Assembly (NCBI GenBank): GCA_045805145.1
Contig: JBJMLU010000130.1
Span: forward strand, 5,392-69,391
Length of the DNA stretch: 64,000 nt
Direction of reading: 5' to 3'
DNA from: Flavisolibacter sp.
Lineage (GTDB): Bacteria; Bacteroidota; Bacteroidia; Chitinophagales; Chitinophagaceae
A program made the translations under genes and the position numbers. The notes under the pieces are model-generated. The model was not told the DNA's origin. It did no database searches and was given only the letters and a program-made list of their open reading frames with translations. This document shows positions 58,460-64,000 of the stretch, piece by piece. Numbering within the stretch: the first letter of the stretch is position 1; each line of letters begins with the position of its first letter.

Positions 58460-58710
58460 ACGCAAACCACGCAAAGGATGCGCAGGGAGCGCAAAGTTTT
58501 TTGGTATTGCAGCTTAACCTTTTTTTCGGTTCCCTGCGTCTCACTGCGCCTTTTGCGTTTAAGCTTCGTCTACCATAATATCTTTCCAAATAAGTATTAC
58601 ACCCGATTCTGAAACACTCGTTCTCCGCTCTCTTTCTAGCTCCCGCTTGCTGCCCGTCTGCATCTTCAACTCTTTGCGTCCGTGCCTGCCGGCAGGCAGG
58701 TTTGCATGAA
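58459..58710. repeat. CGCAAAG-family element with local hairpin and terminal arm carrying the 20-bp palindrome
   Basis: AACGCAAA..GCGCAAAG inverted against ..CTTTTGCGTTT. Reverse complement of the right end reads TTCATGCAAA-CCTGCCTGCCGGCAGGCACG-GACGCAAAG. Confidence 0.72.
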
Positions 58711-58747
58711 TTAATTTTGGCTTGAAACAAATTCTTAATTTCCACGC

Positions 58748-61213
58748 ATGAGAGCATCACTCATTGTTCTATTGATTTGCCTGATCTCTTTTTCAAGACA
58801 TAAGGATGAAGACTCCTGGATCAGGATCAACCTGCTGGGATATAAGCCGGGTGGAATTAAATCTGCTGTGTGGTGTTCCAAAGAAAATAAAGAGATCACC
58901 CGTTTCCAATTGATCGACTCCGCAACAAAAAAAATAGTATTCGAAGGAGAAGCAGGAAAAGCTTTTGGAAGCTACGGCCCTTTTGTCCAAACTTATCGCC
59001 TCGATTTTTCTGCGTTCCGCGCTCCCGGCAAATATTATCTGAAAGTGGCCGATGCTGAGTCGCCGAATTTTACCATTTCCGAAAATGTATATAAAGGCGC
59101 CGCAGATTTTTGCCTTCGCTACATGCGTCAGCAACGTTCGGGATTCAATCCTTTTCTCAAAGACAGTTGCCACACCCATGATGGATATACAATGTACGGA
59201 CCTATGCCCGACAGCACACACATAGATGTTGTTGGCGGCTGGCATGATGCAACAGACTATCTGCAATATGCTACCACCTCCGCCAATGCTACCTATCATC
59301 TTCTGATGGCATGGCGCGATTTTCCGCAGGTATTCTCCGACGAAAAATCTGCGAATGGCCTTGATGGAAAAAATGGCTTGCCTGATGTGGGAGATGAAGC
59401 AAAATGGGGACTGGACTGGCTGCTGAAAATGCATCCGCGAAAAGAATGGATGTTCAACCAGATTGCCGATGACCGCGATCATATTTCGATGCGCATGCCT
59501 GCGCAGGACAGCCAGTATGGGCGCGGATTTGAGCGACCTGTCTATTTTATCAATGGCAAACCGCAACAAAGAGGACAGTTCCTCAACCGTACTACGGGCA
59601 CTTCTTCTACTGCTGGAAAATTTGCCAGCGCGTTTTCACTTGGATCTTTTTTATTTAAAGAAAGAAATAAAAAATACAGCGCCCTTCTTAAAGAAAAATC
59701 CGGAACTGCTTATGCTTTTGCACTGCAAAAGCCAGGCGTCACACAAACCGTGTCGGTAAGGTCGCCCTATATTTATGAAGAAGACAACTGGACTGATGAC
59801 ATGGAACTGGCTGCTGCTTCCAGGAATTTGCTGGGTGATGCGCTCTGTTATGCAAGACAGGAGCCAGTTACTCCCTGGCTGGGCGCGGATACGGCAAGGC
59901 ACTATCAATGGTATCCCTTTATTAACCTTGGTCATTATGAGCTGGCGAAAAAACTAGGAGGAAAACAAAAAGATTCCATCATAAGTTTTTACAGAGAGGG
60001 TATTGAAAGAGTCTGGAATAAAGCAGGCCAGAATGCTTTTTATCGTGGTGTTCCTTTTATCTGGTGCAGTAATAATCTTACAACATCGTTTGCTATCCAG
60101 TGCTACTGGTACCGGCAATTGAGTGGCGACCACCGGTTTGAACAACTGGAACAGGCCTGCTTCGACTGGATCTTTGGATGCAATCCCTGGGGCACATCCA
60201 TGGTCTATGGACTTCCTTCTTATGGAGACACACCCACTGACCCACATTCCTCTTTTACTCACCTCAAACATTATCCTATTGATGGCGGCCTGGTGGACGG
60301 TCCTGTATATGGAAGCATCTTCAACAGTCTCAAAGGAATCACTCTGTACAACGGCGATAGCTATGCGCTTTTTCAAAGTAATCTGGCCGTATATCACGAC
60401 GACTACGGCGATTACAGCACCAATGAACCCACGATGGATGGAACGGCATCGCTGATTTATTTACTTGCTGCGAAAGAAACGGAATTATTTTCGAAAAAGC
60501 GGGTTCCTGAACGAAGGCTTACCATAGATCAGGGAGCCATTGTTCGTGGCGACTCTACAAAAAAAGAGCTCGCCCTGGTATTTACCGGTGATGAATTTGG
60601 AGAAGGAGGAAATTTCATTCTTCACAGTCTGGCAAAAGAAAAGATCAGGGCTTCATTTTTTTTAACTGGCAGGTTTTACCGGAACAGTCAATTCAAATCA
60701 GTTATTAGCCAGCTCAAATCTTCGGGGCATTACCTTGGTCCCCACAGCAACAATCACCTTCTTTATTGCGACTGGACGAAAAGAGATAGTCTGCTGGTCA
60801 GTAAAAAAGAATTCAGAACGGACCTTCAAAAAAATTATAGCGAGTTGAGTCGATTCGGCATCTCTCAAAAACAGGCTCTGTATTTTCTTCCTCCTTATGA
60901 ATGGTACAACGATTCCATTGCACAATGGACAAATGAATTGGGATTGAAACTGGTAAACCTTACACATGGCACACTGAGTGCTGCTGATTATACCATTCCC
61001 AGCGACAACAATTATCGTAGTTCTGAAACCATCGTTCAATCAATCATGAACTATGAATCTACGCATGCTTCCGGATTGAACGGATTTATTCTTCTGATGC
61101 ACATCGGCAGTGGTCCAAACAGAAAAGATAAGTTATACGAACGCCTCCCGGAATTGCTTCATTGGCTGAAATCGAAAGGATACCAATGCAAAAGGATTGA
61201 TGAACTGCTTTGA
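58748..61213 (+). CDS. GH9 glycoside hydrolase fused to a C-terminal polysaccharide deacetylase (NodB-like) domain
   Basis: WIRINLLGY Ig-like start, DVVGGWHDATD, FGCNPWG..MVYG, YSTNEPTMDGTA, then LVFTGDE..SFFLTG..HSNNH..FLPPYEW..ILLMH. Confidence 0.88.
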   Translation: MRASLIVLLICLISFSRHKDEDSWIRINLLGYKPGGIKSAVWCSKENKEITRFQLIDSATKKIVFEGEAGKAFGSYGPFVQTYRLDFSAFRAPGKYYLKVADAESPNFTISENVYKGAADFCLRYMRQQRSGFNPFLKDSCHTHDGYTMYGPMPDSTHIDVVGGWHDATDYLQYATTSANATYHLLMAWRDFPQVFSDEKSANGLDGKNGLPDVGDEAKWGLDWLLKMHPRKEWMFNQIADDRDHISMRMPAQDSQYGRGFERPVYFINGKPQQRGQFLNRTTGTSSTAGKFASAFSLGSFLFKERNKKYSALLKEKSGTAYAFALQKPGVTQTVSVRSPYIYEEDNWTDDMELAAASRNLLGDALCYARQEPVTPWLGADTARHYQWYPFINLGHYELAKKLGGKQKDSIISFYREGIERVWNKAGQNAFYRGVPFIWCSNNLTTSFAIQCYWYRQLSGDHRFEQLEQACFDWIFGCNPWGTSMVYGLPSYGDTPTDPHSSFTHLKHYPIDGGLVDGPVYGSIFNSLKGITLYNGDSYALFQSNLAVYHDDYGDYSTNEPTMDGTASLIYLLAAKETELFSKKRVPERRLTIDQGAIVRGDSTKKELALVFTGDEFGEGGNFILHSLAKEKIRASFFLTGRFYRNSQFKSVISQLKSSGHYLGPHSNNHLLYCDWTKRDSLLVSKKEFRTDLQKNYSELSRFGISQKQALYFLPPYEWYNDSIAQWTNELGLKLVNLTHGTLSAADYTIPSDNNYRSSETIVQSIMNYESTHASGLNGFILLMHIGSGPNRKDKLYERLPELLHWLKSKGYQCKRIDELL

Positions 61214-61312
61214 GCAGAAAAAGAAGAGAACGGGAAAAACAGAGAGAAGAGGAAGGGTTTAATGTATCGAAGTGATAAGAGTTTATCTAGCGAGATTATC
61301 ATGCGGCAAGAG

Positions 61313-61387
61313 ATTTAACCGTAAGGAACTCGGGGAAAGACCAGACTGCAATTCAATATAAATCCTTCGCGAGTTCTGGGGTTAAAT
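61313..61387. repeat. Imperfect hairpin related to the AACGC/AACCG-type repeats
   Basis: ATTTAACCGTAAGGAACTCGGGGAAAG inverted against CCTTCGCGAGTTCTGGGGTTAAAT. Confidence 0.5.
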
Positions 61388-61624
61388 AACGTCGTTGTTC
61401 ATTTAAACGCCCCATTCAACCTGGACGCCCAACTAATGGCCAGAAGCTAAGAGCTTTCCGGACAGATTAACAATTCATTAAAACGCTGCAAAATCAAAGC
61501 AGTAAAGATCTTTCCGCCTGAGGCGCAGCGATTATTTCACCAAACGCAGCTTCTGCTTCAACGTAGCGCAAGGCCATTCAGCCGAAAGCCGGGCCTGGCT
61601 TTTTATCATTCCCTCTTCCATTTG

Positions 61625-61632
61625 TACATTTG
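61625..61632 (+). promoter_or_regulatory. Bacteroidetes -7 promoter element (TAnnTTTG)
   Basis: TACATTTG ending 18 nt before the ATG at 61651. The -33 TTTG is not clearly matched. Confidence 0.5.
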
Positions 61633-61650
61633 CCTTTCAATTGCCAAAGC

Positions 61651-62319
61651 ATGAAGTTTGAGAAAATTCACAACAAGGGACAGGCAAGGTTGTTTCAGCA
61701 TCCTGCCCTGGAATTCCTGACCAAGACCCACCCGCTGGTAATCTGGGGTATTTATCTTCCGGTGGTCCTGGGTTTTCCTTACTATGCGGCATCCCATTTT
61801 GACTTGGGTACCATGAGTATCGGCGTGCTTTTTTTATTGGGAATGTTCTTCTGGACTTTCTTTGAATACATCATGCACCGCTGGGTATTTCATATGGTAG
61901 CTGAAAGTGAAAAAGCGCAGAAGATCATTTATGTGATGCATGGCAACCACCACCATTTTCCCAGGGACAAGGAAAGACTGTTCATGCCTCCTGTTCCGAG
62001 CCTGATCATTGCTTCAATCATTTTTGCCCTGATGTTCCTCATCATGCGTGAAAATGCTTTTGTATTTTTTCCCGGTTTCATGCTGGGTTATCTGATGTAT
62101 GGATCCATGCACTATGCAATTCATGCCTGGAATCCGCCTTTCAGGTGGATGAAACCCTTGTGGCGCAATCATCATCTCCATCACTACAAGGATGATCACA
62201 AAGGATTTGGTGTAAGCACCACCATCTGGGACCGGGCCTTCGGTACCATGTTCGATCTGAAAAAAGAAAAAGAAGACAAAGAGAAGGTGCAACAACTCAT
62301 GTTCAAACAAAATGTCTAA
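61651..62319 (+). CDS. Fatty acid hydroxylase / sterol desaturase family protein
   Basis: His boxes EYIMHRWVFH, HGNHHHFP, HYAIH, HHLHH. Confidence 0.92.
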   Translation: MKFEKIHNKGQARLFQHPALEFLTKTHPLVIWGIYLPVVLGFPYYAASHFDLGTMSIGVLFLLGMFFWTFFEYIMHRWVFHMVAESEKAQKIIYVMHGNHHHFPRDKERLFMPPVPSLIIASIIFALMFLIMRENAFVFFPGFMLGYLMYGSMHYAIHAWNPPFRWMKPLWRNHHLHHYKDDHKGFGVSTTIWDRAFGTMFDLKKEKEDKEKVQQLMFKQNV

Positions 62320-62324
62320 CAATG

Positions 62325-62405
62325 AGCAGCGAGCTGTGAGTCACGAGTTGCGAGAAGCTACGAGGCTCGCAGCTACTCAGAGCTCATAACTCACAGCTCC
62401 AAGCT
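62325..62405. repeat. GAGCTGT heptamer hairpin
   Basis: GAGCTGTGAGT inverted against ACTCACAGCTC. Same family as 43026-43106. Confidence 0.75.
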
Positions 62406-62413
62406 TTTCCATT

Positions 62414-63124
62414 ATGGGTCAGAAAAAACTGATTCGTTTTGCTGAACTGGAAAGTTTTTCCAATGTATTGCAATTTCCGGTAGCCATGCCCGGGACCTGG
62501 TACCAGTTTTTCGAAAACCACAATCCCATAGTACTAGAACTGGCTTGCGGAAAAGGAGAATACACTACGGGACTTGCAGAGATTTATCCCAACAAAAATT
62601 TTATTGGAGTAGATATCAAAGGAAACAGACTTTGGGTGGGTGCAAAAAAAGCCACCCAACGCAATCTTAATAATGTGGCCTTCCTGCGCATACAAATTGA
62701 CCGCATCACTGATTTTTTTGGAACAGAAGAAGTAGACGAGATCTGGATCACATTTCCAGATCCGCAGCTTCGGATTTCCAAATCAAAAAAAAGATTGACC
62801 CATCCGAAATTTCTGCGACTGTACTACCAGATCCTCCAACCCGGAGGAAAGATCCATCTCAAAACAGACAGTCCTGATCTTTATTCTTTTACCAAAAAGG
62901 TGATCGATATGTATGGATGCAAACTGCGCAAAGATCTTTATGATGTGTATGCCGAACCCGGAATTCCCCCCGACCTCCGCATCAAAACCCATTATGAATC
63001 GCTGGATATTGCCGGAAGCAGAAAAGTCTACTATCTATGTTTCTCATTGCCCGAACGTTTGCCCTCCAGGGAAATGGATCAGGCTTTACAGCAGTTTTTA
63101 AAAGATGAAGCAGGAATTGATTGA
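62414..63124 (+). CDS. trmB: tRNA (guanine-N7)-methyltransferase
   Basis: LELACGKGEY, IGVDIKGNR, ITFPDP, IHLKTDS, IKTHYE. Confidence 0.95.
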   Translation: MGQKKLIRFAELESFSNVLQFPVAMPGTWYQFFENHNPIVLELACGKGEYTTGLAEIYPNKNFIGVDIKGNRLWVGAKKATQRNLNNVAFLRIQIDRITDFFGTEEVDEIWITFPDPQLRISKSKKRLTHPKFLRLYYQILQPGGKIHLKTDSPDLYSFTKKVIDMYGCKLRKDLYDVYAEPGIPPDLRIKTHYESLDIAGSRKVYYLCFSLPERLPSREMDQALQQFLKDEAGID

Positions 63125-63299
63125 AGGAGAAGACTATTATTTTAATGAAAAAGGTTTGATCACCTTTACGTCAAAATATCTGCTGGAACGCGGATATTGT
63201 TGCGGCAACGGATGCAGGCATTGTCCCTATCATTATGAAGCCGTTCCCGAACCCAGAAGAACTGAGCTCCTCAATCAACATTCAAATAAGAAGGATTAA
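63105..63299 (+). CDS. Small Cys-rich protein (DUF5522-like)
   Basis: EGEDYY..FTSKYLLERGYCCGNGCRHCPY. Confidence 0.85.
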   Translation: MKQELIEGEDYYFNEKGLITFTSKYLLERGYCCGNGCRHCPYHYEAVPEPRRTELLNQHSNKKD

Positions 63300-63313
63300 T
63301 TTTTCACGACACG

Positions 63314-63694
63314 ATGGCAAAAAAATCGAAAACAGAAAAACTTCATACCGTAAAGCCTTCGGGTGGAAAGGATGAATCTTTTTTTGAACTCGTTTTTGAA
63401 GTGGTGCGACAGATACCAAGAGGAAGGGTTACTTCTTATGGAGCCGTTGCCGCAACATTGGGAACAAAAATGTCGGCGCGCATGGTGGGCTGGGCTATGA
63501 ACAGCGCGCACAGGGTAAAACCTAAAGTGCCGGCCCACCGTGTTGTTAACCGCCAGGGACTGCTCACAGGAAAAATGCATTTTGCTTACCCGGAACAGAT
63601 GCAGGAGCTACTGGAGAAAGAAGGAATAAAAATAAAAGACGACCAGGTGCAGGATTTTCGAAAAGTTTTTTGGAACCCAATGCAGGAAAGCTGA
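63314..63694 (+). CDS. MGMT family protein (alkyltransferase-like, YbaZ/Atl1 type)
   Basis: IPRGRVTSYG, ARMVGWAM, VPAHRVVN with Ala in place of the catalytic Cys of PCHR. Confidence 0.9.
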   Translation: MAKKSKTEKLHTVKPSGGKDESFFELVFEVVRQIPRGRVTSYGAVAATLGTKMSARMVGWAMNSAHRVKPKVPAHRVVNRQGLLTGKMHFAYPEQMQELLEKEGIKIKDDQVQDFRKVFWNPMQES

Positions 63695-63773
63695 AAGCTA
63701 TTGGCTATTGGCTGTTAGCTGTTGGTAGTTAGAGAGAAAGATTAACCGCAGGAATTTCACAAAATAATTTGCC

Positions 63774-64000
63774 ATGACCCATGCTTTTCGTCTGAAGCCA
63801 GGAGACGATCTGAAGAATGAGATTAGTGTTTTTGTAAAAACAAATAAGATTGAAGCGGGATATATTGCTTCTGCTGTTGGCAGTCTCACAGATTACCACA
63901 TTCGGTTTGCTGACCAGGAAAATGGAAATAAGGGATCGGGGCATTTTGAGATCCTGAGTTTAAACGGAACGGTTTCTATTCACGGACTTCATCTGCATAT
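63774..64000 (+). CDS. PPC/DUF296 domain protein, partial (runs off the window)
   Basis: Hand translation MTHAFRLKPGDDLK..SAVGSL..FEILSLNGT..LHLH. Confidence 0.85.
   Translation, partial: MTHAFRLKPGDDLKNEISVFVKTNKIEAGYIASAVGSLTDYHIRFADQENGNKGSGHFEILSLNGTVSIHGLHLH

Noticed and set aside
58425-59569. Minus-strand ORFs 58425-58760 and 58793-59569
   Set aside because: The first reads through repeat DNA (source of the PACRQA peptide); the second is the antisense shadow of the GH9 gene.

Overview
Bacteroidota DNA, most likely Chitinophagaceae (inferred from T9SS cargo genes, gene families and TAnnTTTG-like promoter boxes). No rRNA, tRNA, CRISPR array, integrase or transposase was seen. From 1 to 27.7 kb there are T9SS-secreted surface proteins, lipoproteins and a glycosidase. 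This is interrupted at 18.2-21.1 kb by an AT-rich, decayed defence spot. There, an intact two-gene cassette (2TM protein plus metal-binding cupin) sits between what look like tiny 5' remnants of type I R-M hsdR and hsdM, followed by a frameshifted SRA-HNH nuclease. From 28.5 to 36.7 kb is a TPR protein / secreted protein / hybrid sensor kinase / response regulator operon. From 38 to 47.5 kb are rmuC, imuA-imuB-dnaE2 with a candidate SOS box, and a RES-Xre toxin-antitoxin pair with two clear operator palindromes. From 49 to 64 kb are metabolic and housekeeping genes. Most intergenic gaps from 27.9 kb onward hold nested palindromic repeat elements of several families. Two of them are 630-680 bp inverted-repeat elements with a shared structured core, and related arms flank a GxxExxY nuclease gene. 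The two strongest leads are the 2TM+cupin candidate defence system and the GxxExxY-associated, REPIN-like palindromic element family. All family assignments come from motif recognition, not database searches.
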